Shown here piece after piece: positions 19,674 through 28,571 of a stretch of 64,000 bases of DNA; the first letter of the stretch is position 1, and every line of letters begins with the position of its first letter. The notes under the pieces are model-generated. The model was not told where the DNA came from. It did not search any database and worked only from the letters and a program-made list of their open reading frames with translations. The stretch covers positions 21,323-85,322 of the forward strand of contig JBDHWW010000008.1 of the NCBI GenBank assembly GCA_039810425.1. Reading direction: 5' to 3'. The stretch is from Pseudobdellovibrionaceae bacterium. Lineage in GTDB: Bacteria; Bdellovibrionota; Bdellovibrionia; Bdellovibrionales; Bdellovibrionaceae. The position numbers and the translations under genes are program-made.

Positions 19674-20177
19674 CTAGCTATTTTCAGATTTCTCGCGGCG
19701 ATCGCTTCGGGCTCTATAGAAAGCTTTGGTTGCAACGTAAATATTCTTGTCTATGGTTGAGACGATAGCACCCGACTCATCAAACCAACTGACGGATTTT
19801 GCAAACTCATACTTGCCTTCAGAAGCAGTCACGCGTTTGATTTGCTCGACCTCGTCTTCGGTATAGATAAATTCAGCTTTGAGCTTTCCTTTGCCGGGCT
19901 TTTTAAACTGAATCGATGCCGACTTATCCCAAACGACGTAGCCATCGCCAAGAATATTAATCAGCATCACCATGTACATTGGATCCGTGGCAGAAAATTG
20001 GCTGCCACCGAAAATCGTGCCAACATAATTGCGCGTCCAAATATTCAGTGACAAGCGCACAACTACCCTCATCCAATCACCCGCGATAAACAGCACCTTA
20101 CCACCGGTTCCGAAGAACATTGGATATAGATTAATACCATATCTGAAAAATCGCGTTTTTAAAGATTCAGGAGTCAT
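19674..20177 (-). CDS. Hotdog-fold/PaaI-like protein (DUF4442-like)
   Basis: 'NLYP..GTGG', 'TRNYVGTIFGGS', 'YVVWDKSASIQFKKPG'; start taken at ATG 20177. Confidence 0.8.
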   Translation of the reverse strand: MTPESLKTRFFRYGINLYPMFFGTGGKVLFIAGDWMRVVVRLSLNIWTRNYVGTIFGGSQFSATDPMYMVMLINILGDGYVVWDKSASIQFKKPGKGKLKAEFIYTEDEVEQIKRVTASEGKYEFAKSVSWFDESGAIVSTIDKNIYVATKAFYRARSDRREKSENS

Positions 20178-20187
20178 GCTTTTCCTT

Positions 20188-21201
20188 CTAATGCCAAACC
20201 AAAGGATCAGACCAAAGCGCATCAACGAGACTCACTTCCGCCGGCTGGTAGGATCTCATGCCCAATGCTTTCATAAAGCCGAACACCAACGCAAGGTTTG
20301 TCACCTCGGTCGCCGCATAGGGGTCATTAATCTGAACATCCGTCATATTCGCACGAATCTCGAGAGCCGCCTGAATCGTTTCTTGTGTCATCGCACTGGC
20401 GGCAATAATTTGCCGAGGAAGCGACTTTGCCAAAACACCGCCGATACCAACAACCACTGTTTCGGGATTTGCGAATTTTCTTTTGATGTTAGCCGGCACG
20501 GTTGCTGTTGCTTCTACTTCCGCAAGAGCTACTGAAGGCTTCACGTTTTTTTTCTTTAATGGGTTGGGAGAAGTGACTTTGTCCGGATTCATTTTCTGAA
20601 CTTTAGCAATGACCTGATTTTTAAAACTCACCGACGCGAGATTGCCGTAATATACCGTCGGCTTGAGTGCTTCATCCACGCTTGTCATTTGCATGCTGCC
20701 GCCGCCGATATCCCAAACCACCAGATCCCCAATAGGGACTTTGACTTTTTCGCGAGCCACTTGAAAGCCTAAGAAGGCCTCTTCGCTTTGCGAGATCACC
20801 TTTAAGGGAATGGACAGTTTTTCACGAATCACTTTTACGAAGCTGTCGGCATTTTTAGCCTGACGAAAAGCCGCCGTCGCGATGCCTGTGAACCTCTTCG
20901 TCCCTTTGGCCTGAGCTTCACTCTTTAATTTTTCGAGCGCGACTAGCCCCTCGGTTTGAACAGACTCTGAAAACTCCCCAGCCTCGTTCTTTTCAAGCGC
21001 GTCTCGGTAATCGACCTTCACTTGATCCTCGAGCACCGTTTGAGTCACATCCTGTGTGCAAGTATTAAACTCAACGACCTTCATTTTAGTGGCACCGGAT
21101 CCCACATCAAAGGCCGCGCGGATCTCGGGTCCACACTTCGGCGTCGTCTGGCAAGAAACCAAAGAAAGCGATATAAGAAGAAGAAATAAAACATGGTACA
21201 T
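20188..21201 (-). CDS. Ppx/GppA-family phosphatase with lipoprotein signal
   Basis: 'AAFDVGSG', 'ATAAFRQAKN', 'VISQSEEA', 'WDIGGGSMQ'; N-terminal lipobox LVSC. Confidence 0.8.
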   Translation of the reverse strand: MYHVLFLLLISLSLVSCQTTPKCGPEIRAAFDVGSGATKMKVVEFNTCTQDVTQTVLEDQVKVDYRDALEKNEAGEFSESVQTEGLVALEKLKSEAQAKGTKRFTGIATAAFRQAKNADSFVKVIREKLSIPLKVISQSEEAFLGFQVAREKVKVPIGDLVVWDIGGGSMQMTSVDEALKPTVYYGNLASVSFKNQVIAKVQKMNPDKVTSPNPLKKKNVKPSVALAEVEATATVPANIKRKFANPETVVVGIGGVLAKSLPRQIIAASAMTQETIQAALEIRANMTDVQINDPYAATEVTNLALVFGFMKALGMRSYQPAEVSLVDALWSDPLVWH

Positions 21202-21298
21202 AGATCGTCCTTGAAAGATTTCCTCCTATTACAAGCCGTATAGAACGAAACTTCAAGAAACCATCGCGCTGCATCCGAAAAAGGTACGGCGTACCCTC

Positions 21299-21334
21299 AA
21301 AAAAAAAACCCCGAAAGGCTTGCGCCTCCCGGGG
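21299..21334 (-). terminator. Rho-independent terminator downstream of fla-B
   Basis: Minus strand CCCCGGGAGG-cgcaag-CCTTTCGGGG followed by T10. Confidence 0.8.
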
Positions 21335-21566
21335 TGGGCTTAAGAGTAGTTTTTGTGGGCGACTACTCGTAATTATTTGAAACTCCGTTCCCGCTGGAGT
21401 TCCTTTAAAATTTATCTCAAGAGTTCGCGCAATCAATTAGGATTACACCAACTCCTCAAATATTGTCCGCAATGACAAAGCAGTTTTGGAAGGCTCGGCA
21501 GATCTGTGAGCACTCACTCTCACAGATCCACCATTTTGTATCACTGAAGCTTTCAGTGAAATTTTA

Positions 21567-22391
21567 TTATAAGAGCTTCAATGCGACCGCTGGTGTTTGG
21601 TTGGCTTGAGCCAAAACCCCTACCGCCGCTTGTTGCAAGATATTGGCAGACGTCATCTCAGAAGTTTCTTTCGCGACGTCTGTGTCACGGATACGAGAGT
21701 TCGCAGCCGTCAAGTTTTCGTACTGGATGTCCAAGTTGCTTACCGTGGAATCCAAGCGACTTTGTACCGCACCGAAGTTCGCTCTCAGTGAGCTGACCTT
21801 CACGAGGGCATCATCGACGGTTTTCAAAGCAGCGCGCGCATCGGATTTCGTACCTACCTCAAGACCGTCGATACCAAGCTCTGAGCCTGTAGCATCGGCG
21901 CCAAGGTCGTACTTAATAATATTCTCATCACCGGCGAAGGCACCCACTTGGAACTCCATCTTACCGCCAGAGCCATCCAAGAGCCGTTTATCACCAAACA
22001 CCGTAGTTTTCGCGATACGGTCCGCCTCTTGAGTCAGTTGGGTTGCTTCAAGATTCAAGAATCCGCGTTCGCGCTCACCGATATGGTCAGAAGCCGCTTG
22101 GACTCCCAACTCACGCAAACGGATTAAAATATTACTGATCTCATTCAATCCCCCCTCAGACACTTGAATTGCTGAAGTCGCATTGAACGCATTGTTTCTG
22201 GCCTGAGCAATACCGCGCACCTGGCCGCGGATATTTTCAGAGATCGCGAGGCCGGCCGCATCATCAGATGCATGCACGATACGCGAACCAGAAGCTAAGG
22301 CCGCCGTCGCATGTTCCGCACGTTTCTGCTGAACCGACAACACCCTTTGTGCCGATATAGACGCCATGTTGGTCTGAATTCTTAAGCCCAT
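21567..22391 (-). CDS. fliC: Flagellin (here fla-B)
   Basis: 'MGLRIQTN', 'LASGSRI..ASDDAAGLAISE', 'NSRIRDTDVA'; SD TAAGGAGG. Confidence 0.97.
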   Translation of the reverse strand: MGLRIQTNMASISAQRVLSVQQKRAEHATAALASGSRIVHASDDAAGLAISENIRGQVRGIAQARNNAFNATSAIQVSEGGLNEISNILIRLRELGVQAASDHIGERERGFLNLEATQLTQEADRIAKTTVFGDKRLLDGSGGKMEFQVGAFAGDENIIKYDLGADATGSELGIDGLEVGTKSDARAALKTVDDALVKVSSLRANFGAVQSRLDSTVSNLDIQYENLTAANSRIRDTDVAKETSEMTSANILQQAAVGVLAQANQTPAVALKLL

Positions 22392-22612
22392 TGTATCCTC
22401 CTTAGGATGAAGCCAACGCGGTTCCGACCCACCGAAGCTCGCGCTGGAGTTCTAAAAAACTAACTACGTTAAAATGTTTTTTTAGATTGGAGCGGGCCCG
22501 CACTCTCTGACGGGGCGACTGTCCCTTCAGAGAGGCGAGCTATCCGCCTAAGGAGGATTCTGTCGAGTGACTGCTAGACAAAGGTCCCGAGGTTTTAGCT
22601 CCAACGTGTACG
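22392..22612 (-). promoter_or_regulatory. Structured leader of fla-B, about 220 nt (candidate RNA switch)
   Basis: 12-nt anti-SD at 22547-22558 complementary to the SD region 22395-22406; competing helix 22593-22606 with 22442-22457; internal hairpin 22503-22534. Confidence 0.6.
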
Positions 22613-22618
22613 CAATAC

Positions 22619-22645
22619 TTCTCGGCCTTGGTCCAGGAAACTTAA
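22619..22645 (-). promoter_or_regulatory. Sigma28 promoter (fla-B)
   Basis: TTAAGTTT-N11-GCCGAGAA. Confidence 0.8.
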
Positions 22646-22782
22646 GGCCCTTGGTCTAGCTTTTCTTTGGATGCGACGCGTCTTGTATGTGAAAATATTG
22701 AGAATGTGGATTAAAAAAATATTTTAAAAACACCTACTTAGGTCTAGGTCGAACTAGACCTTGCAGCAATTATGTTACGGAG

Positions 22783-22822
22783 TTTGGGCGGCGAAGAACG
22801 CCATTAGCGTCTTCGCCGCAAA
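22783..22822 (-). terminator. Hairpin downstream of fla-C (probable terminator)
   Basis: GCGGCGAAGA (22788-22797) / TCTTCGCCGC (22810-22819) stem; weak U-tract. Confidence 0.5.
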
Positions 22823-22851
22823 TTCAGTCGCCCCCAAATATATTCATAAAT

Positions 22852-23676
22852 CTAAGCGATTAATCGCAGCAGAACTTCATTCGACATATTGGACTGGGCC
22901 AATACCGATGCCTGATATTGCTGCAAGATCTGACCACGGCGAACCTCGCTCACCGCTTGCGCGACATCAGTGTCGGCCATTCTCGAGTGCGCGGCTTCGA
23001 TGTTCTCGATGCCCACCGCGAGATTGTTGGCGGCGCTGTCCATACGTGATTGGACGGCTCCGTATTTGGCGCGTGCCTCGGCCACCTTCATCATCGCTTC
23101 ATCGATGTCCTTCAGGTTACTGCGGGCATCGCTCTTGGATTCGATATCGCCGCCAGCCACGCCCAGTGAAGAGCCCGTGGTGTCGGTGTCCGAAGTGTAC
23201 TTAATGATGCTGTCGCTGCCACCCGAAGTTCCGACTTGGAATTCGTAGTCTTTCGATCTTCCATTCAGCAATGAGGTGGAACCATAAGTGGTCGTCTTTG
23301 CAATACGATCCAACTCTTGCGACAGTTGAGTGTATTCAAAGTTAAGGTATTCGCGCTCTTTATCAGAGTACGTATCACTCGCTGCCTGAACCGCTAGCTC
23401 GCGCATACGGATCAGAATATTATTCTGCTCGTTGAGAGCCCCCTCAGCGACTTGAATAAAACTCGTGGCATTGTCGGCATTGTTCAATGCCGCCCTTTGG
23501 CCTCGCATTTGACCTTTGAGTTGCTCTGCGATTGCAGCGCCAGCGGCGTCGGAGCCGGGCGTATTGAAGCGGGTTCCGGAAGCCAAATCCTTCATAGCCT
23601 TTTCAGTAGACCGTTGGGTCGAGCCCAGGTATCTCTGCGCCATGAGAGATGCCGAAACAGGAGAAATACGTAACAT
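22852..23676 (-). CDS. fliC: Divergent flagellin (here fla-C)
   Basis: 'LASGTRF....DAAGAAIAE', 'RMRELAVQAASDT', 'SRMADTDVA'; start taken at ATG 23676 after GGGAGG. Confidence 0.93.
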   Translation of the reverse strand: MLRISPVSASLMAQRYLGSTQRSTEKAMKDLASGTRFNTPGSDAAGAAIAEQLKGQMRGQRAALNNADNATSFIQVAEGALNEQNNILIRMRELAVQAASDTYSDKEREYLNFEYTQLSQELDRIAKTTTYGSTSLLNGRSKDYEFQVGTSGGSDSIIKYTSDTDTTGSSLGVAGGDIESKSDARSNLKDIDEAMMKVAEARAKYGAVQSRMDSAANNLAVGIENIEAAHSRMADTDVAQAVSEVRRGQILQQYQASVLAQSNMSNEVLLRLIA

Positions 23677-23780
23677 TGAAGCCACCTCCCCTTCCCCGAG
23701 TGCCTCGCCCCGAGACATTATGGAAGGAAAAAAGCGCCCACATTTAAACTCTTAAGACCTTTGTCTAGCAGTCACAATTC

Positions 23781-23807
23781 TTTTCGGCGCATTGCGTTAA
23801 AACTTTA
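23781..23807 (-). promoter_or_regulatory. Sigma28 promoter (fla-C)
   Basis: TAAAGTTT-N11-GCCGAAAA, near consensus. Confidence 0.85.
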
Positions 23808-23842
23808 GGATCATTGCGAATTATTAGACCTTACGACTCATT

Positions 23843-25096
23843 TTAAGGCATCGGAATCGGACTCATCAGATCTTCTGAAGAAACACTGGATGAACTATCG
23901 AACGGCAAGAAGCTTTGCGCTGTATAGGCGAAGGGGTGCCGGCCGCCATACTGCTGGATTATATCCATTACTTTGTTTCGAATCTGGTCACGAGCGTTGC
24001 TCCAATCTGCCGGGCTCTCGGTGTTCATGAAAATGCCGAAATAGACATCGCCCTGAGTTGTGGAAAGGACCCCCGTTAACGTGACGGCAGGGTCCACTGT
24101 GCCCGTCTTCGCCACCATACTGTTCGGGATAGGATCAAATCGCGGACTCAGAGTTCCACCATCCGCGCCAGAGACTGCCATCACATCCTTTAAGCTCATT
24201 CTGTATTTCGTCTGAAGCTCAGATTGCATTTGGTACTGAACACGAAGAATTGCTTCACAAGTGGCTCGGTTGTATGTTTTGGTGCCACCGTCTACGCCAG
24301 AAATAGAGTTCCCTGAGCCATTCACAAAGACGAGATCAAGATCGTTCAGATTTAAACTACTTTGTATAAAGCTGCGGAAATGAGGTGTCCCGCCGAGGAT
24401 TTCAAAAAGTTTGTCGGCAACGTGATTGTTAGAAACCGTGTTCATTTCTTTGAGGTAGCGGAAAAGCGGCGCTGACTTCACGACAAAGGACTTTGTGGCA
24501 GATGAGGGTTGGAATGCCGCTGCCGGGACCAGCTCCACGGTTTGAGCGGTCAAACTGAGTGTCTTGGGCAGTGTCATACCGAGATTCGCAGCCTCTTGGC
24601 GTGTTCGAGGGTATTCGGTCGCTAATGCCCTGATATGCCGAGCAATTGAGCCCGCAATTTCTTGGGGGGTTGGCTCCTCCGGCTCCACGCTGTCTGTAAC
24701 AACAAACCAGCGGAAACCGAGATTCTCGTCAAAACTTAATTTCCGGATTTGACGAACTCCATTTCGATTCAACTCCGAAAATAAAAAATGGGTGAGCTGG
24801 CGACCCCAGAACGGATCTCGTGCTCCTTGAATGTGCACGTCGAAAACGTCGTGGCCCAAAGGCGTTATGAAAATACGAGTACTAAAACGAAATTGAGGGC
24901 CTAATTGGTAAAGTGCCCAATAGGAAGTAACAACTTTGGAAACTGAGGCGATCTCAAAAAGTTCGTTGCTGTGCACGCCTTGAATTCTTGAGTGGCCGCC
25001 TTCATCGAGCATATAGCAAACGGAGTTGAGACTCGTTTTCGCCTCTCCCAGGACTGTGAGGCTCAATAGAATGCTGAAAAGAACTATTCCCTTCAC
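23843..25096 (-). CDS. Secreted D-Ala-D-Ala carboxy/endopeptidase (PBP4/DacB, peptidase S13)
   Basis: Signal peptide; SxxK 'ASVSK', SxN 'SNN', 'NGSG', 'AKTGT'. Confidence 0.85.
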   Translation of the reverse strand: MKGIVLFSILLSLTVLGEAKTSLNSVCYMLDEGGHSRIQGVHSNELFEIASVSKVVTSYWALYQLGPQFRFSTRIFITPLGHDVFDVHIQGARDPFWGRQLTHFLFSELNRNGVRQIRKLSFDENLGFRWFVVTDSVEPEEPTPQEIAGSIARHIRALATEYPRTRQEAANLGMTLPKTLSLTAQTVELVPAAAFQPSSATKSFVVKSAPLFRYLKEMNTVSNNHVADKLFEILGGTPHFRSFIQSSLNLNDLDLVFVNGSGNSISGVDGGTKTYNRATCEAILRVQYQMQSELQTKYRMSLKDVMAVSGADGGTLSPRFDPIPNSMVAKTGTVDPAVTLTGVLSTTQGDVYFGIFMNTESPADWSNARDQIRNKVMDIIQQYGGRHPFAYTAQSFLPFDSSSSVSSEDLMSPIPMP

Positions 25097-25355
25097 AGGA
25101 TCTCCTTTCCAAAGTCATCTATATGCATGTTAGCGCCCTCGGCAATATATAAAAGTTATAAATTCTTCTTCGATAATCATGTTCAGAGTCCTTCTAGAAT
25201 TTTCCTAAAGGGTTAGAAAAATTGCCTTTAAATGTTTTTTTTCTGGTTTGGCGGCCCCTTATCATTTACAACATAAGGGTATTTTTACTTTCAGTTAGAT
25301 TAGTCATACTCAGATAAAACACCATTGATGTAACAACTCGAAGCACAGGATTAAT

Positions 25356-25637
25356 ATGAAAGAGAATAAACTTCTGGCCGATTTCCTGAGAGATAAACGG
25401 ATCGAATCCGGACACTCTCAAATGGATGTCGCCAAAAAGCTGGGCTACACCTCAGCTCAATTCGTTTCCAACTGGGAGCGAGGCCTCTCTAGCCCTCCGA
25501 TTCACACTCTAAGAAATCTCAGCGAGCTGTATCAAATTCCTCCTGATGTGCTTTTCGATATCACTCTTAAGACGATGATCAATCAAGTGACCATGGACTT
25601 GCGTAAAAAATTTTACGGCAAAAGAGGCAAAGGCTAA
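25356..25637 (+). CDS. XRE-family HTH regulator
   Basis: 'SQMDVAKKLGYTSAQFVSNWERG'. Confidence 0.9.
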   Translation: MKENKLLADFLRDKRIESGHSQMDVAKKLGYTSAQFVSNWERGLSSPPIHTLRNLSELYQIPPDVLFDITLKTMINQVTMDLRKKFYGKRGKG

Positions 25638-25645
25638 TTTAGCAG

Positions 25646-26326
25646 TTAGGGGATATTGGGGTATGCCCGGTATTCCCTAACTATCTTAGCGATGTCCTCG
25701 CTCACTTTTTGATAGCCGAATCGATGTTTCTTGTCTCCTAATCCTATTTCCGCAAAGACATTGCCTTTGTCGAAGGGACCAAAGAAACCGGTGAAAAAAT
25801 CGAATCGTCCTTCACCGAGAATTGCGCCGCCTTGATCGCGCACCACCAAGTAACCATTGTGAGCCTTTCCGTCAGGCAGCCGCACACCCACAAGCCTCGG
25901 TACGAAAATCACGTCACCTACTTTATGAATACTCAGATCCGCCGCCACTGAATAGAAGGGATCCAAGCACAAGGCTTGAACGCCGTAGCCATAGGGGCAA
26001 CGGGCTTCTTTCTTCTCGGCAAAGCGGCTAATGCCGTCTTTCTTCCTGGTGAAGTTGAAGTTGCGTGTGCGCTGCCCTTCAACCACATAGCAAGAACCTT
26101 GCAGCAAACAGTTGTCGTAATTTTTTTTGCAAAGTGAGATCAAAATTTTATCATTCTCATCAATGAGATCTTTAAGGTCGTTACCCGCGCAGACATCTTT
26201 TTCCTTATAGATCACCGGTTTGTAGTAAATCGTCGGCGTTATCATTGGCAAATTGTCACCCACGCTGCGGGCACAAGCCGTCGTGAGCAGAGAAAGAATG
26301 AAAAGAATTAGAAGCTGTCTTACCAT
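25646..26326 (-). CDS. 3D-domain (MltA C-terminal-like) lipoprotein
   Basis: Lipobox TTAC; 'SVAAD...GD', 'VRDQGGAI.G..RFDFF' three-Asp pattern. Confidence 0.7.
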   Translation of the reverse strand: MVRQLLILFILSLLTTACARSVGDNLPMITPTIYYKPVIYKEKDVCAGNDLKDLIDENDKILISLCKKNYDNCLLQGSCYVVEGQRTRNFNFTRKKDGISRFAEKKEARCPYGYGVQALCLDPFYSVAADLSIHKVGDVIFVPRLVGVRLPDGKAHNGYLVVRDQGGAILGEGRFDFFTGFFGPFDKGNVFAEIGLGDKKHRFGYQKVSEDIAKIVREYRAYPNIP

Positions 26327-26485
26327 GAGATACTGGATCTACCATGAAGACCTCATAAGACCAACGCAGATCATATCTTGTTTTGTTGAAAATAGCCTGA
26401 AGGGTCCGTCATAACCGTGTCTGTTGCGGGAGCGTTCAAAGATGCGGCGCCGCCGAGAGGCGTTTTATTTCGGATGCAGCTCTGC

Positions 26486-27136
26486 TTAGCGAATTCTTCT
26501 GTCCTCTACGATCGACCCGTTGCGAAGGATGCTGACTTTATTTGCGAGGGCCTCCACATCGGCCGGATCATGAGTCACCAGAACCGTCGGGATTTTTTCT
26601 TTCTCGATCACACTCTTAATGAGGGCGCGGCTTTCTTGACGAAGCTCTTGATCCAAAGCCGAGAATGGTTCATCCAGCAACAAAATGCGTGGGTCCCCGC
26701 TCAGCGCGCGCGCAATCGCCACACGCTGCTTTTCCCCGCCCGACAAGACGCTGGTAGGCCGGTTTAGGAACGACGTCATCTGAAGCACCTTGGTAAGCTC
26801 CTGGAGCCGCTCAAAAGACTGCTCTGGTGGAATCTCGCGGGCCTTTGCCGCAAAGAGGATGTTTTCTTCCGCTGTCATGTGCGGAAAAAGATCCAGAGTT
26901 TGAAAAACAACTCCCAAGCGCCTTTGCGGAACAGCCATTTTTGCCAGATCATGATCTTTAAACATCCAACGAAAATCCGGCGCGGTCTCAATCCCGATGA
27001 GCAAGCGAAAGACCGACGTTTTTCCCGACCCCGAAGGACCCGAAAGAACCGTGACGCCTTCGTCGAGGATTTCCCAGGAGGGAATGTCGATTTTGAAATC
27101 GCCGTAATTTCTAAATAGATTTTCGACTAAAGACAT
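26486..27136 (-). CDS. ABC transporter ATPase (ThiQ-like)
   Basis: Walker A GPSGSGKT, LSGGEKQR, 'LLLDEPF', H-loop. Confidence 0.85.
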   Translation of the reverse strand: MSLVENLFRNYGDFKIDIPSWEILDEGVTVLSGPSGSGKTSVFRLLIGIETAPDFRWMFKDHDLAKMAVPQRRLGVVFQTLDLFPHMTAEENILFAAKAREIPPEQSFERLQELTKVLQMTSFLNRPTSVLSGGEKQRVAIARALSGDPRILLLDEPFSALDQELRQESRALIKSVIEKEKIPTVLVTHDPADVEALANKVSILRNGSIVEDRRIR

Positions 27137-28571
27137 TTCCCACTCCCACCATGACAAAGAAACAAATCACACCACAAGCGACCAGGCTCAAACTCAAAAC
27201 GGTTGCAAGCCCCAGGCGATAACCCGACATCAAAGTCTCAGTCATCATCGCAAGCGTCACATCCCGGTGCGCGAGAATCCGCGAAACCGAATAGTCGCCG
27301 CACGCCCACACAGCTGCGACTCCCGCAAACAGCGCCGCGCGTTTTGAGATCTGTGGCATAAGCACTTCTTTAAATATTTGCGTGCTGTTGGCACCGAGGA
27401 TACGCGCAATCGTGATCTGCCCTTCCAGCGATCGCAAGACCCCGTCCCAGCCCATGCGATGCAAGCTCGCGAGGCAAAGCAGATTAAATGCCAGTGGAAT
27501 TTTAATAAATGGCCAGAAAGATTCGTTCGTACCGACAATCAGAAAAGCAAAACAGCAAAGAGCCGTGCTCGGCGCCATATAGCCTGAAAGGAATTTTTCA
27601 AACCACGCCTTGGGCCAACAATAAGCAATCACCAACAGACTGCCGTAAGCGAGCAACCCCACTAAGATGCCCATCACAAGGCTGCCTAAGAAATTCCACA
27701 GCAATGGCGATTGCAATTCATAGAAGGCACTGATCTGGTGAAAACCTTCCACCACTCCCTGAACATAGCCCAAGAAACCAAATGCCATGATCAGCAACAA
27801 AGCCCCAATGCCCGAAAAGGACCGAAGGATGCGCAGATTCACAACACGGCTGGGACCCGCGGCCCCACCGCGTTTAGCAAAGAATGAAACCGCAAAAATA
27901 AATGCGGACTGAATCACAGCCAGCACCACCGCTTCACTCCAATTGCTGGAAAGACGAATCTTTTCATAGATCAAAACTTCCATGGTCGTGCCTTTACCGC
28001 CCCCGACGATCAGCGGAATCGCAAAGCTTCCGAAACAGACGGCGAAGATAAAAAGGGTCAGCAGAAAGATGTCGTTTTTAAGAAGAGGCCAGAAAGCTTT
28101 TCGCAGAAACTGCCAACGCGTCGACCCCTCGATATAGGCGAGTTCCGCAAGACTCCCGATTTTGTTCTCGATAATATTCGCCATCATCACGGCCACCAGG
28201 CCAAAGTTGAGAATAGTATGGGCAATAGTGATTCCCGCAATTCCCATTGGGAAGGGATCGATGAAATTCAAAATCGACAGCAAAGTAAAAAGTGGGGGTA
28301 AAAAATTTGGAAGCAGGCAAAGAATCTCCAAAATCATTCTGTAGTGCCGGCGGAAGCCGCCCGTAAAGGAAATCAATCCGAACGCAACCCAAGTCCCGAG
28401 GAGTAATGAAAAGACCGCTGAAAAAAATGCCTGAAGAAATGAATTCTTAAACGCCCAGAGGAGTTCCCGCCACTCTGGCCAATTGGTGATATGAAAATGC
28501 GACAACAGAAATAGAAATGGGAAAACCAAGTAAACCAGCAATGCGGAACGCATCAGATTGCGTGGGCTCAA
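27111..28571 (-). CDS. ABC transporter permease (ThiP-like, two halves)
   Basis: Multiple TM helices, two EAA-like loops, 'GG.GTTMEVLIY'. Confidence 0.8.
   Translation of the reverse strand: MSPRNLMRSALLVYLVFPFLFLLSHFHITNWPEWRELLWAFKNSFLQAFFSAVFSLLLGTWVAFGLISFTGGFRRHYRMILEILCLLPNFLPPLFTLLSILNFIDPFPMGIAGITIAHTILNFGLVAVMMANIIENKIGSLAELAYIEGSTRWQFLRKAFWPLLKNDIFLLTLFIFAVCFGSFAIPLIVGGGKGTTMEVLIYEKIRLSSNWSEAVVLAVIQSAFIFAVSFFAKRGGAAGPSRVVNLRILRSFSGIGALLLIMAFGFLGYVQGVVEGFHQISAFYELQSPLLWNFLGSLVMGILVGLLAYGSLLVIAYCWPKAWFEKFLSGYMAPSTALCCFAFLIVGTNESFWPFIKIPLAFNLLCLASLHRMGWDGVLRSLEGQITIARILGANSTQIFKEVLMPQISKRAALFAGVAAVWACGDYSVSRILAHRDVTLAMMTETLMSGYRLGLATVLSLSLVACGVICFFVMVGVGNVFSRKSI

Noticed and set aside
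21107..21436. ORF or Leu-attenuator (CTA CTC TTA before the terminator) upstream of the Ppx-like gene
   Set aside because: No convincing start or SD, the frame runs through the terminator, and the downstream gene is unrelated to leucine metabolism.
22567..23775. The 20-bp inverted repeat as an invertible DNA switch for flagellar phase variation
   Set aside because: No invertase in the window. Inversion would leave fla-C without a promoter and point the fla-B promoter away, giving no alternative ON state. The repeat starts at the predicted +1, which fits an RNA role better. Not fully excluded; long reads would settle it.
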